Notes: generated by a model from the sequence alone, not told the origin. A DNA stretch of 64,000 nucleotides from an uncultured Acidobacteriota bacterium (GCA_963809485.1 CAWEJX010000020.1:1120001-1184000), one strand, 5' to 3'. Shown: positions 48,795 through 59,705, counted from the stretch's first letter. Translations and numbers: made by a program.

Positions 48795-49325
48795 ATGAGA
48801 AAACGAATCTGCCTACGGACCCCAATTGCCGGAATAGCCTTGTGCTTCATGATGATTTGCTCGTGGGCTCATGCCGGGCCGGCAGCCGATGAAGGCCAGG
48901 GCAAGGATATGCAGAAACCTCTGCAAGGGTATGCCTTTTTTTCGCCCGGGGCGATTCTGGGCGACGACTCGGTCTCAACCATGAACTTCGGCGCAGGATT
49001 GGATGCACTGATTTACAGGGGGCTGGGGGCCGGCGCGGAGGTCAGCTACCTGACGCCATGGAGCGACATCGGTAACGGGATCGGCCTGATATCGCTGAAC
49101 GGCGCCTATCATTTCAACCGCAGGCGCAAACTATCCCCGTTTGTCACGGGCGGCTACACGCTGGCATTCCGGGACGGACACGCGAACCTGGTTAATTTTG
49201 GCGGCGGGGTGAATTACTGGTTTCGCGAAGGCCACGGGCTGCGCCTGGAGTTTCGCGACCATCTCCAGCCGCAATATGCCAATACCCATTACTTGAGCTT
49301 TCGCATCGGCTATAGCTTCCGTTGA
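48795..49325 (+). CDS. Small outer-membrane beta-barrel protein
   Basis: Signal peptide; PFVTGGY, NFGGGVNYWF, C-terminal RIGYSFR. Confidence 0.8.
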   Translation: MRKRICLRTPIAGIALCFMMICSWAHAGPAADEGQGKDMQKPLQGYAFFSPGAILGDDSVSTMNFGAGLDALIYRGLGAGAEVSYLTPWSDIGNGIGLISLNGAYHFNRRRKLSPFVTGGYTLAFRDGHANLVNFGGGVNYWFREGHGLRLEFRDHLQPQYANTHYLSFRIGYSFR

Positions 49326-49443
49326 GGGTGGAAGAGGGGCAGTTCCAAAGCTCGCGATTTGTGTCTATCGTGGCCATAAATCCTGTGTTTCCCGGATCAC
49401 GGGATTCGCGTAATGGGAAAGGCACTGCGCGGTAAAGCAGGGG

Positions 49444-49479
49444 AAAAAAGCAAGCCCGGTATCGGCGTACCGGGCTTGC
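49444..49479 (-). terminator. Intrinsic terminator for 49510-50298
   Basis: GCAAGCCCGGTA-6nt-TACCGGGCTTGC with A6 on the left (U-tract on minus strand). Confidence 0.75.
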
Positions 49480-49509
49480 AGGAATTACCCGTTAGCAGCT
49501 TTGGTGCCT

Positions 49510-50298
49510 TTATTTGTCTTTGCCCTTGGCGTATGCATTGCCTTTGCCGTTGGTACCCGGATTTTCGGGCGTAACCACAACAGTTTCCGCCACCTCCGGT
49601 TTCTGTTCTTCGACATCCGCATCGTCGTCCGCATCGTCTTCAGCGTCATCCGCAACTACAACCGGCGCGGCATATTGGTAGATAATCAGGTTGCCCTCGA
49701 AAAGGTAAGAGGCAGGATTCCAGGCCAGCATCTGTGGCGGTACAGCCGACTCCCCTTCCCCCTCTGTGCCGCACTGTACATCCGCAGAGCTTACGAGCCA
49801 TATTTTTGCCCCAACAGCGCCGGAGACTGAATCGGCTATAGGTTTGTAGTTGCCATCATCGGGCAACGGCAGGCCCATCGGGACATCCCCAACCAGGAAT
49901 TGATGCTCGCCATGGATCTGAAGGTTCCCTTTGTCGTTGGCCTTTTGGCTGCCCAGACAAACCAGATTTTCTCCCGGCCAGGGATCGGGATAATAGAGGA
50001 GTGTGTAGTCCATATCGGGCACCAGGTTTTTGCCCTGAAATGAGAACCTGAATTCCGGTCCAAGCAGGTTATATTTCATCTGCCCCCAGCGCCGATTTTC
50101 GGTCATTATCGGCCAAGGACCCTCAACCAAAGGACAGCCCATGGAATCATACCCCTCCAAATCTGCCAGCGTGGAATCGCATTTCTGGAAAAGGAACAAT
50201 CTCCCGACCATTGCGCCGCCTTTATCGCCTGCCATTGCAGCTGATGCAAGAACGGTCAGCATCAGGACCATCACAAGAACCGCTGTTTTTTTCATCAT
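49510..50298 (-). CDS. Secreted hypothetical protein with acidic C-terminal tail
   Basis: GGAGG RBS; signal peptide MMKKTAVLV; no recognised family. Confidence 0.75.
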   Translation of the reverse strand: MMKKTAVLVMVLMLTVLASAAMAGDKGGAMVGRLFLFQKCDSTLADLEGYDSMGCPLVEGPWPIMTENRRWGQMKYNLLGPEFRFSFQGKNLVPDMDYTLLYYPDPWPGENLVCLGSQKANDKGNLQIHGEHQFLVGDVPMGLPLPDDGNYKPIADSVSGAVGAKIWLVSSADVQCGTEGEGESAVPPQMLAWNPASYLFEGNLIIYQYAAPVVVADDAEDDADDDADVEEQKPEVAETVVVTPENPGTNGKGNAYAKGKDK

Positions 50299-50549
50299 AG
50301 CTACCTCCTGCAGTCTGATGACCACACATGGTTAAAAAATTCGTCAATTGTCAGTCGATGGTTATCGATATTACGCGCGTTGCGGATTTGGGCAGTGACA
50401 CGTATCACAGAACCGGCGGATAGCTGCCGATCGCCGTTTTCGACTATTTCCGGCTTGTGTCCGTGCAGGGGATGCCCTATAAGCAAGTGGAGGCAATATT
50501 CGGAAAGCGCAGCTATCCAGCACAAAAATGTGCACTGGGAGGATGAATT

Positions 50550-51392
50550 ATGGCGATGCTCAATGACGGCCCCGGCCGCATAATAGATATCAATCCCAAA
50601 TCGGTCTCACGCGTGTTCGGCCTGGCGGTCGCCGCATTGGCTGTTTTGATTCTTGTTTTTGCGTCCATCGCCCGGGTCGATTCGGGCCACGTCGGCGTCC
50701 TTACGCTGTTCGGCCGCGTGACGGGCGAAGGTTTGTCCGAGGGGATCCACCTGGTCAATCCCTTCAAAGTGAATCACGAGATGTCCATCCGCACGCAGGA
50801 AGTCAAGGAATCGGCCAGCGTGCCTTCGAGCGAAGGCCTGGTGATCAACCTGGACACTTCCATGATATTCCACCTGAACCCGCAAAAGGCGGCCGAGGTC
50901 TACCAGAAAATCGGGCCGAACTACATCGCCGTGCTGATCGAGCCCAATCTTCGGGCCGCAATACGAGAATCGACGGCCGCCCATTCCGCAAACGCCCTGT
51001 ATACGGGAGAACGCGAGATGGTGGCGAAACAGATTTACGAACAGCTTGTTTCCATCCTCGAAAAGAGGGGATTCGTTATCGAGAGCATCCTGCTGCGCGA
51101 CATCCAGCTGCCCGCGACGCTCAAAGCCTCCATCGAGGCCAAACAGCAGGCGGAGCAGGAGGCCCTCGCCATGAGTTTCCGGCTGCAGAAAGAAAAGCAG
51201 GAAGCCGAACGCAAGCGCATCGAGGCCCAGGGCATCCGCGACTTCCAGCAGATCGTAGCCCAGGGTATCAGCCCGCAGCTGCTGGAGTGGAAAGGCATTG
51301 AAGCCACCGAAAACCTGGCAAAGAGCTCAAACGCCAAGGTCGTGGTGATAGGCAGCAACAAAAACGGCCTGCCGCTCATCCTCGGCCAGTAA
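50550..51392 (+). CDS. SPFH/prohibitin family protein
   Basis: GHVGVLTLFG, SIEAKQQAEQEA, EAERKRIEAQG. Confidence 0.92.
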   Translation: MAMLNDGPGRIIDINPKSVSRVFGLAVAALAVLILVFASIARVDSGHVGVLTLFGRVTGEGLSEGIHLVNPFKVNHEMSIRTQEVKESASVPSSEGLVINLDTSMIFHLNPQKAAEVYQKIGPNYIAVLIEPNLRAAIRESTAAHSANALYTGEREMVAKQIYEQLVSILEKRGFVIESILLRDIQLPATLKASIEAKQQAEQEALAMSFRLQKEKQEAERKRIEAQGIRDFQQIVAQGISPQLLEWKGIEATENLAKSSNAKVVVIGSNKNGLPLILGQ

Positions 51393-51416
51393 CAAGTCAG
51401 GAATAATTGGGGAGCA

Positions 51417-51812
51417 GTCAGGCACCTCCGGCAAAGCCGGAGGCTTGAAAGATTGGAACCGCTCAAAGCGGTTGGAGGAGTTACACTGGTCTTGAACGCT
51501 GACTAACGCGGGCAAAAGCCGATGAGGCGCTTCCGATCCCCGCAGGGGCCAGCGCTCGGCGCTGGTCAGTTTTCTGCGGCGGCACTGTGGCAAACGCCCG
51601 GTTTCTCATAACCTCCATCTCATTGCCGCACGGCGCTTGCCACAGTGCCGCCGCAGAAAACTCCATCGGAAGCGCCTCATCGGCTTTTGCTCGCCGACCC
51701 TCGCCGAACAAATCGGCGTTTGTCAGCGCTTTTGTCAGCGTATCTCAGCGTTTCAAAATACGGAGCTATCAAACTCCAGTAGTCACCCAGCCATGCTGGG
51801 CAATTGCCTATG
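51417..51812 (-). mobile_element. Nested element full copy 5, 43-bp core inverted
   Basis: Core 51594-51636 is the reverse complement of 6338-6380; end hairpin diverged to CCCAGC-cat-GCTGGG. Confidence 0.8.
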
Positions 51813-51932
51813 TATTTGATGATCCGGCGCCAGGCCGCGGATCTGCTATGGTTCTGTGTTTGAACTCTTTTGCCGGGTCGGTAATAATTACTAGTTTGTT
51901 CGATCTTTAGGGGATCATTCGATAGGGGGGAA

Positions 51933-53714
51933 ATGTATATGGTGCTGAAGAAAGCAACGCCGTCCACTTCTCTGTGCACTGTTCTGGATCCCAGGGGTCA
52001 GCCCACGATGGTCGTGAAGCCGCTGCCGCTTGCGCCCCGCCTGGACACGCTGGAGGGCAAAACCCTCTATGTGGTCGATGTGGGCTTCGGCGGAGGATGG
52101 GAGTTTCTGGAGGAAGCTGTCGGTTGGTTTTCCCGCCATATGCCCGGGGTAAAAACAGTCCTGCAGCACAAAAAGGGCAACATGTTCGTGGATGAGCCCG
52201 AGATGTGGTCCGAGCTGAAGCAGAATGCCGATGCCGTCATCCTCGGAGTCGGCGGCTGAGACGGATGCACGGCGAGTGTCGCCGCCTACTGCAGGGAACT
52301 CGAATCCAAATACGGCATCCCCACCATTCCCATGGCAAGCGCCCGCTTCGCAGAATTTGCCGCTCAGGATGCCCAGAATCACGGCATGATGCTGCGCTTC
52401 ACCCATCCTCCTTACCCGCTGGTCGGCAGGCCGCGGGAGGTTCTTCGCAAATATGTTGAAGGCAACGATCCCGTCTCAGGCAGGCCCCTGATGCTGCAGG
52501 TGGTCGACGCGCTCATCCGGCCGCTCACCGAAGACGAACAACATCCCAGGGCTGCAAGGGGCAAACCGAGGCCGAGGCTGCTGCAGCCGGACACGGAGGA
52601 GAACCTGCATCGCCTGTTCCTTGAAAACGGCTGGACCGACGGCGCACCGATCGTTCTACCCACGGAGGAGCGTGTGGCTCGTATGCTGACGGGGACCGCA
52701 GCCGACTCTAACCAGGTTGTCGGCCAGATGACCGTCACCATCCACCAGGAAAGGCTGGAATACACGGTGGAAAAGGTCGCCGTCAACGCCGTCATGGCGG
52801 GCGCCGGCCCCGAACACCTGCCCGTTATTCTCGCGCTGGCCGCCAGCCAGGAGACATCCATGCCGAGTTCGACGACCTCATTCGGCAGGATGGCATTTGT
52901 GAACGGGCCCATCCGGGAGGAGATCGGCATGAATTCCGGACTGGGGGCCCTGAGCCCGTTCAACCACGCCAACACCGTCATCGGCCGCGCGTGGACAATG
53001 ATGACCATCAACCTGGGCGACGCGCGCCTGAACGAGACCTTCATGGGATCGACCGGCAACAACATGAATTACAACAACATGATGTTCGCCGAAAACGAGG
53101 AGCGGAGCGCGTGGGAACCCTTCCACGTCCGCAAGGGCTTCAGGAAGGAAGAAAGCACCGTAAGCCTCTTCCAGGGCTGGAGCGCAATCAACAGCATGGG
53201 CGCGGCAGGCTGCTGCCGTCCGGCGCAGGAGGAAATGCTCATCATGATGCAGGCATTCCCCTGCCTGCGCGGAGCGCTGACCCTGGTCATGGACCCGCTG
53301 GTATCGAAGCATTTGAAGGAACAGAGATTCGACACACCGGAAAAGCTTTCCAGGTATCTCTGCGAAAATTTCAAGATGACGGCGGGACAATTCTGGGGCT
53401 CGGATGTGGTCTATTCGCTGGTGGAACCCGGCGCACGCAATGGGATGGAGCCTTATGCCTCCTGGCTGAAGCTTCCCAAGAATGCGCTGATCGCTCCCTA
53501 CACTTCTCCTGAAAATATTAACCTGGTGGTCGTTGGCGGCGAGACCCAGGCGCTCTGGCTGACCACGGACATGTGGCATATGAAAACAGTTTCCATCGAC
53601 CCGTGGAGGCCGAAGAGCGGAGTCTACAAGGAGGACGAAAAGGCTGCGCGCAGGCGCCAGGCGCGGCAGAAAAGGCATGCCGCCGCGCTGACCGCAAGCG
53701 GCTACGACATTTAG
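51933..53714 (+). CDS. Probable UGSC-family selenoprotein (Sec at TGA 52257-52259, U-D-G-C), 593 aa
   Basis: The two ORFs are in frame across one TGA: AVILGVGG-U-DGCTASVAAYCRELE..GIPT; downstream GWTDGAPIVLPTEERV and YTVEKVAVNAVMAG; hairpin at 52270-52284. Confidence 0.8.
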
Positions 53715-53773
53715 GCGATCGGGGGCGAGAAAGCTTCAAGAAGAGCTGACAGCTTGGCGTGGCCATTTGGTAA

Positions 53774-54514
53774 ATGCACATCCGCAAACAAAGCAGCGAA
53801 AACGAGCCGAAGCGTAAGAACCGGAAAAGAAAAATTCTGCTTGCGCTTTGCCTGACAACGGCAGTCTGGCTTTTGTATGAGGTAGCTACCCATCCGGATG
53901 TAAAGGCTCTGGCGCGGGATAGGCCCCAATCCACCGCCTGGATGGAAATGCGGGACCGGGAGGCGCGCAAGGAGGGGAAAAAAACGCGGCGTTTCCAGGT
54001 CTGGAAGCCGCTGAATTCCATTTCATCAAATCTGAAGAACGCCGTACTGATTGCCGAGGACGCGGCCTTCTTCAAGCACGACGGGCTGGACTACGATGAA
54101 ATACGGGAGGCCGTCAAAATCAACGCCGATAAGATGGAATTCGCGCGCGGCGCAAGCACAATCACGCAGCAGCTGGCCAAAAACCTTTATCTCTCCCCCT
54201 CGAAAAATCCGGTCCGCAAACTCAAAGAGCTGCTGCTGACCTTCTCGCTGGAGCGGAATCTGACGAAACGGCGCATCTTCGAAATTTATCTCAACGTCAT
54301 CGAATGGGGAAACGGCGTCTATGGAGCCGAAGCGGCCGCGCGGACATATTACGGAAAATCGTGCTCGGATCTATCCGACGGGGAGGCTGCGGCGCTTGCC
54401 GCGGTCATTATCAATCCGCGCCGTTACAGCCCGGTGCAGCCGAACCGCCGGATACGCAACCGCACTGCCAGGATCCAGGCGCGGATGGCGAGGTATCGCT
54501 ATTACAAGGATTGA
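53774..54514 (+). CDS. mtgA: Monofunctional peptidoglycan transglycosylase
   Basis: [40 protein letters not shown]. Confidence 0.92.
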   Translation: MHIRKQSSENEPKRKNRKRKILLALCLTTAVWLLYEVATHPDVKALARDRPQSTAWMEMRDREARKEGKKTRRFQVWKPLNSISSNLKNAVLIAEDAAFFKHDGLDYDEIREAVKINADKMEFARGASTITQQLAKNLYLSPSKNPVRKLKELLLTFSLERNLTKRRIFEIYLNVIEWGNGVYGAEAAARTYYGKSCSDLSDGEAAALAAVIINPRRYSPVQPNRRIRNRTARIQARMARYRYYKD

Positions 54515-54537
54515 ATGAAAGCAAAGGAGGACGTGGA

Positions 54538-55521
54538 ATGCTCAAACGAAAACTTGGCGCCGATGTCACGGTATCGGCCATGGGTCTGGGCTGCATGGGA
54601 ATGTCGGAATTTTATGGATCGGCCAAGGACGAAGACTCGATCGCGACGATCCACCGGGCCCTGGACATGGGCGTGGATTTTCTCGACACCGCCGACATGT
54701 ACGGGCTCGGCCGGAACGAAATCCTGGTCGGGCGCGCCCTCAAGGGCCGGCGCTACCAGGTTTTTCTTGCTACCAAATTCGGAAACGTGCGCAGCCCGGG
54801 CGGCGAGTTCCTGGGCGTGAACGGCCGGCCGGAGTACGTCCGGCAGTCGTGCGACACAAGCCTGAAGCGGCTCGGCGTGGATATGATCGATCTTTATTAC
54901 CAGCACCGGGTCGATCCGGACACGCCCATCGAGGAAACGGTCGGCGCCATGGTGAGGCTCGTGGAAGCGGGTAAAGTCCGATACCTGGGAATGTCCGAAG
55001 CGGCACCGGCAACCCTGCGTCGCGCCTGCGCCGTTCACCCGATCCTGGCTCTCCAGAGCGAGTACTCGCTCTGGACCCGCGATCCCGAAAAAGAGGTTCT
55101 CTCGACGTGCCGGGAATTAAAGGTGGGGTTCGTGGCCTACAGCCCCCTCGGCAGGGGATTTCTCACGGGACGGTTCAAAAAGCAGGAGGACCTGCCCCCG
55201 GACGATGCGCGACGCCACCACCCGCGCTTCGAAGGAGAAAACTTCCAGCGCAATCTCGATCTTGCCGCGATGATCCGGCAGATGGCGGAAGAGGCCGGGT
55301 GCACCCCCGCCCAGCTTGCCCTTGCATGGGTGCTAGCCCAAGGCGAAGACGTCGTCCCGATCCCCGGGACCAAGCAGATACGCTATCTCGAAGAAAACCT
55401 GGCTGCTCTCGAGGTCCGCTTAACCCCCGGCCAGCTGAAACGCCTCGATGAAGCGTTCCCTTTGGGGGCTGCGGCAGGCGAGCGCTATCACCCGCAAGCC
55501 ATGCAGGCCGTCAACCGGTAA
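54538..55521 (+). CDS. Aldo/keto reductase
   Basis: [38 protein letters not shown]. Confidence 0.95.
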   Translation: MLKRKLGADVTVSAMGLGCMGMSEFYGSAKDEDSIATIHRALDMGVDFLDTADMYGLGRNEILVGRALKGRRYQVFLATKFGNVRSPGGEFLGVNGRPEYVRQSCDTSLKRLGVDMIDLYYQHRVDPDTPIEETVGAMVRLVEAGKVRYLGMSEAAPATLRRACAVHPILALQSEYSLWTRDPEKEVLSTCRELKVGFVAYSPLGRGFLTGRFKKQEDLPPDDARRHHPRFEGENFQRNLDLAAMIRQMAEEAGCTPAQLALAWVLAQGEDVVPIPGTKQIRYLEENLAALEVRLTPGQLKRLDEAFPLGAAAGERYHPQAMQAVNR

Positions 55522-55696
55522 CGCTGGGGACGGCCCTCCGGAGCCGCCCAGTGCAGGGAGAACCGCAATCCATCCCTGTCCCGGAGGAATTGAAGCCGCA
55601 TGCAATCCTGCTGCCTCGAGGCTGTGGTTTAGGAGCCTTGTCAGGGATCGCTGCATTAGACGCACTGCATTTTGACCGGCAGCTTTTGTTGATGTA

Positions 55697-55724
55697 TCAT
55701 GTAGTCACACAGGTGACTACATGA
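55697..55724 (+). promoter_or_regulatory. TA operator palindrome overlapping the antitoxin start codon
   Basis: TCATGTAGTCAC-acag-GTGACTACATGA, perfect 12-bp IR. Confidence 0.75.
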
Positions 55725-55996
55725 CGAAAAATATAGCGAAAACCGAGGAGATCGGCATCCGTCAATTGAAATCGCGGGCCTCGGAGCTGGTGCGGACCGT
55801 AAAAGAAAAGCACGCGCACTATGTCATCACACGACGCGGCAAACCCGCTGCCCTGATGATTCCCCTGGACGCTGCCCCGCCCGAAAAATCCGCCGATCAA
55901 GCATGGGAGCGCCTGGCTGCTCTCGGCGAGGAATTGAGCAGCAGCCGGAAAATCAAAAAGAGCGCGGTTGAGCTACTTATGGAGATGCGCCGATGA
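55721..55996 (+). CDS. Phd/YefM family antitoxin
   Basis: IGIRQLKSRASELVRTV..YVITRRGKPAA; ATGA overlap with toxin. Confidence 0.9.
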   Translation: MTKNIAKTEEIGIRQLKSRASELVRTVKEKHAHYVITRRGKPAALMIPLDAAPPEKSADQAWERLAALGEELSSSRKIKKSAVELLMEMRR

Positions 55997-56406
55997 ATTC
56001 ACCCGTTACAATCGACGCCAGCGTCTTTGTGAGCGCATTCATTCAGGCTGAGCCGGCGCACCAGGCAAGCAGACAATTCATGCTGAGGGTACGCCGGGAA
56101 TCGATCCCCATCATCGTGCCGTTTCTTGTTCTCCCGGAAATATCGGCGGCCCTGGCGCGCGGCTACGGGAAACCGGAAGCGGCAAAAGCCTTCGTTCTGG
56201 AACTGAGCAGCTTGCCGCGTATCACATTTGTGGAATTGGACAAAGGTGTCGCCGGCCTTGCAGTGGACATTGCGGCAAGATACCGTCTGCGCGGCAGCGA
56301 CGCCGTTTATGCCGCAGTCGCTTTCCGGTTTGGGGCGGAATTGGTGACGCTGGATAGGGAACAACTGGATCGATTGCCGAAATTGCTCTCCGTGCATAAA
56401 CCCTGA
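55993..56406 (+). CDS. vapC: VapC PIN-domain toxin
   Basis: IDASVF, LPEI, LRGSDAVY, LVTLD. Confidence 0.9.
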   Translation: MNSPVTIDASVFVSAFIQAEPAHQASRQFMLRVRRESIPIIVPFLVLPEISAALARGYGKPEAAKAFVLELSSLPRITFVELDKGVAGLAVDIAARYRLRGSDAVYAAVAFRFGAELVTLDREQLDRLPKLLSVHKP

Positions 56407-56588
56407 TGGGCCTCTACCAGCCGTCGGCGAATCAACTGTTACAGGCCATTGGCGTGTCGGCATTGGCCAGCACCTTTGTCATCTTGGGTCAGCGTTACCG
56501 CAACCGGAAAAATTACCGGTTGCCGGCAGGTAGCCGGCATTCTATATTCGCAAGGGGACGACTGCCTGGGGCACGGAAGGGAGAAGCT

Positions 56589-57506
56589 ATGAAAATGAGC
56601 GTCATCGGCGCTGCCGGATCGGTTGGGGCGCCTGTCGCGTTCAATCTCGCCGCCTCTCGGGTGGCTGAGGAAGTCGTCATGATCGACACGCGCGCCAACT
56701 TGGTGAAACAGCATGCGATGGATATCGGCACGGCGGTCTCGGCGCTCGATGTCCGCGTCCGGGACGGCGGTTACGCAGACATGGCCGGTTCCGATATCGT
56801 GATCAACGCCGCCGGGGCGCTCCAGGGTTTGATCGCCGACCGGATGGAGATGCTGCCGCAGAACATACCGATGATCCGCGACATCGCGCTGCAGATCAGG
56901 CGCCATTGCCCCGATGCGGTCGTGATCACGGCCACCAACCCGATAGATCCCCTGAACTACGCCACGTGGCGCGCCGGGGGTTTCGACCGATGTCAGCTCT
57001 TCGGCTACTCCATCAACGATTCCTTCCGCTTCCGCGAACTGGCAGCCCGCGCCAAAGGGGTCAAGGTCAGCCGGGTGCAGGCCACGGTGATCGGCGAGCA
57101 CGGCAGCAGCCAGGTGCCGCTCTTCAGCTCCGTGCGCATCGACGGCCGGCCGGCGTTTTTCAGCGAAGAGGAAAAGCAGGCTGTGCTCGGCGAAATTCCC
57201 AAAATTTTGAGGCGGTACGAGGAACTTCAGACCGGGCGCACTGCGGGCTGGACCTGTGCGGTCGGCATGGTTTCGATCGCCCAGGCTATCCTTCAGGATA
57301 CTGGTGCGATTTTCCCCTGTTCGGTTGTACTGGACAGGGAATACGGCCAGCACAACCTGAGCATGTCGGTTCCGGTGGCTCTCGGCAGGCACGGTGTGCG
57401 GGAAATCCTGGAGTGGGAGCTTGCCCAGGATGAGAAGGCGGGGCTCGCGCGCTCCGTCGAAGTGCTAAGAGCGGCAGCAAACGCGGTCGATGCGGCCCTC
57501 CGATAG
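56589..57506 (+). CDS. LDH/MDH-family 2-hydroxyacid dehydrogenase
   Basis: VIGAAGSVG, TNPID, NDSFR, IGEHG. Confidence 0.9.
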   Translation: MKMSVIGAAGSVGAPVAFNLAASRVAEEVVMIDTRANLVKQHAMDIGTAVSALDVRVRDGGYADMAGSDIVINAAGALQGLIADRMEMLPQNIPMIRDIALQIRRHCPDAVVITATNPIDPLNYATWRAGGFDRCQLFGYSINDSFRFRELAARAKGVKVSRVQATVIGEHGSSQVPLFSSVRIDGRPAFFSEEEKQAVLGEIPKILRRYEELQTGRTAGWTCAVGMVSIAQAILQDTGAIFPCSVVLDREYGQHNLSMSVPVALGRHGVREILEWELAQDEKAGLARSVEVLRAAANAVDAALR

Positions 57507-57530
57507 GGCCGGCCGGGAAACCGGAACTGC

Positions 57531-59690
57531 ATGTCACACAAACATTTTCAGGGCAAGAAGATGCGCAACACAGTGCAACATTTTGACAAGCTCATGGAAC
57601 CGGGCATGATCGGCCCGGTCCGGACGCGCAACCGCATCATCAAAACGGCCAACGGCACCTCTTACATGGAAGAGGACCAGACTGTCGGCCCGCGCATGAT
57701 CGCCTATTACGAACGCCTGGCCAAGGGCGGCGTAGGTTTTCTCGTAGTGGAGTCCTGCGGTGTTGAATACCCCCTTGGGATCCAGCACGTGCACTACAGG
57801 CCCGACGGCAGCTACGAGGGCGTGCAGCTGCATTTCGACGACGACAGGTTCATTCCCGGCTTCCGGCAGTTGACCGACACCGTGCACAAACACGGCTGTC
57901 CCGTTTCCATACAGTTCCAGCACGCCGGCCCCTGGAATCCCACGGGACTGCTGCCCCGCGATCCTGCGATCCGCGACATCAAATGCGCCTCCACTCTCAG
58001 GCAGGAGGAATTGCCCGGCCCGGACTTCCTTCCCTGCCGCGCAATGACGAAGCAGGAGATCGAGGACCAGATCGACCTGTGGGCGTCGGCGGCCGAGCGA
58101 TCATGGAAGGCGGGTTTTGACGCCTGCGAGATCAACCACGGCACCTGTCACCAGGGCAACACCTTCCTGTCGAGGGTCTGGAACCGGCGCGACGACGACT
58201 ACGGCCCGCAGAATTATGAAAACCGAACCCGCTTCCTGCGCAGCATTCTCGCGGAGGCCAAGCGCCGCTGCGGCCCGGCGTTCGCCGTCCACGCCCTTTT
58301 CAACATCGTAGAATACAACCACCCGCTGGCCACGACGCTCGACGAAGGAGCGGAGATGGCGAAGCGCATCGCGGAAGTGGCCGACGGCATCAATTGCCGG
58401 GCAGAGCGCTACGGGCACAGGGGCGGGCTCATTCAGCCCGACCGGATCCTTTATCCCGAGCCTCCGGCCGAGCTGCCCGCCGATCTCGACTGGAGCCGGC
58501 AGGGCCGCGGAGCCACGGTGCCCCTGGTGGAAGCGGTCAAGCGCAAGGGCGTAAAGATACCGGTGTGGACGGCATGCCGACTGGACGCGGAGCTGGGCGA
58601 GGAATACCTGCGCAAAGGCAGCCTCGACTTTATCGGTATGACCCGCCGGCTCCTGGCCGATCCGTCGCTTCCCAACAAGATAAGAGAAGGCCGCCCCGAA
58701 GACATACGTGTCTGCCACGGATGCCTGCACTGCTTCGATATGCGCAACAAAAACAAAAAGCTCGAATGCCGGGTGAATCCCACGCTGGGCCGGGAGATCC
58801 TTCCAGAATACCAGTGCCGCCCGGCAGAGCGCAGAAAGAAGGTTCTGGTGGCCGGCGGCGGTCCTGCGGGCATGGAAGCCGCGCGCCTGGCAGCCCGGCG
58901 CGGCCACGAGGTCGTCCTGTATGAAAAAAGCTCCCGGCTGGGTGGACTTGTCCCGCTTGCGGCCGTGGTCAAGGACCTTGAGACCGAGGACATCATCGGC
59001 CACGTGCGCTACCTGGAGGCTCAGCTTAAAAAGGAAAAGGTCACCGTGCGCCTGAACCGGGCGCTGACGCCTGCGCTGGTGCGGGCGGAGAAGCCCGATG
59101 TGCTGGTGCTGGCAGCCGGAGCCTCCCATACAAAATTTGATCTGCCCGGGGCGGAAAGCCGCCGCGTCCTCCGCACCGCGAAGCTGCACGGGATGCTCCG
59201 GGCCGTCCTGCGTTTTCTCACGCCGGCCCAGGTGCAGAAGCTCTCCCGCATCTGGATGCCGGTAGCGAAAAGCGTGGTTATCGTGGGAGGGAAGCTGCAC
59301 GGCTGCGAGCTTGCTGAATTCCTCGCCAAGCGCGGGCGCAAAGTGGTGATCGCCCACAACGGGCCGGCTTCGGAGCTGGGCGAAGGCATGACCCGAGACG
59401 ACCTGGAAAACCTGTGGCCGTGGTTCAAACAGAAACACGTGGCGGTCTGGTCCGATGCATCCTACCGGGAGATCGTCGACGAGGGTTTCAAAATCCAGAT
59501 ACCCGACAGGCGCGTGTTTGTGCTCTATGGGAAAAGCATCCTGACCACCCAGGACTGGGGTCCGAATACGAAGGTCCTCGAGGAGCTTGCCATGCTTGTG
59601 GGCGAAACGCACGTGATCGGCAGCTGCAAGGAGCCCGGACTGATCGTGGATGCCGTGCGCGAAGGCGTCCTCGCCGGCTATGCGATTTAA
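57531..59690 (+). CDS. NADH:flavin oxidoreductase (OYE + 4Fe-4S + FAD; 2,4-dienoyl-CoA reductase-like)
   Basis: RNRII, YYERLAKGG, NRRDDDYG, CHGCLHC-x11-C, GGGPAGMEAA. Confidence 0.92.
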   Translation: MSHKHFQGKKMRNTVQHFDKLMEPGMIGPVRTRNRIIKTANGTSYMEEDQTVGPRMIAYYERLAKGGVGFLVVESCGVEYPLGIQHVHYRPDGSYEGVQLHFDDDRFIPGFRQLTDTVHKHGCPVSIQFQHAGPWNPTGLLPRDPAIRDIKCASTLRQEELPGPDFLPCRAMTKQEIEDQIDLWASAAERSWKAGFDACEINHGTCHQGNTFLSRVWNRRDDDYGPQNYENRTRFLRSILAEAKRRCGPAFAVHALFNIVEYNHPLATTLDEGAEMAKRIAEVADGINCRAERYGHRGGLIQPDRILYPEPPAELPADLDWSRQGRGATVPLVEAVKRKGVKIPVWTACRLDAELGEEYLRKGSLDFIGMTRRLLADPSLPNKIREGRPEDIRVCHGCLHCFDMRNKNKKLECRVNPTLGREILPEYQCRPAERRKKVLVAGGGPAGMEAARLAARRGHEVVLYEKSSRLGGLVPLAAVVKDLETEDIIGHVRYLEAQLKKEKVTVRLNRALTPALVRAEKPDVLVLAAGASHTKFDLPGAESRRVLRTAKLHGMLRAVLRFLTPAQVQKLSRIWMPVAKSVVIVGGKLHGCELAEFLAKRGRKVVIAHNGPASELGEGMTRDDLENLWPWFKQKHVAVWSDASYREIVDEGFKIQIPDRRVFVLYGKSILTTQDWGPNTKVLEELAMLVGETHVIGSCKEPGLIVDAVREGVLAGYAI

Positions 59691-59705
59691 GAATGTCCTA
59701 TTTCA

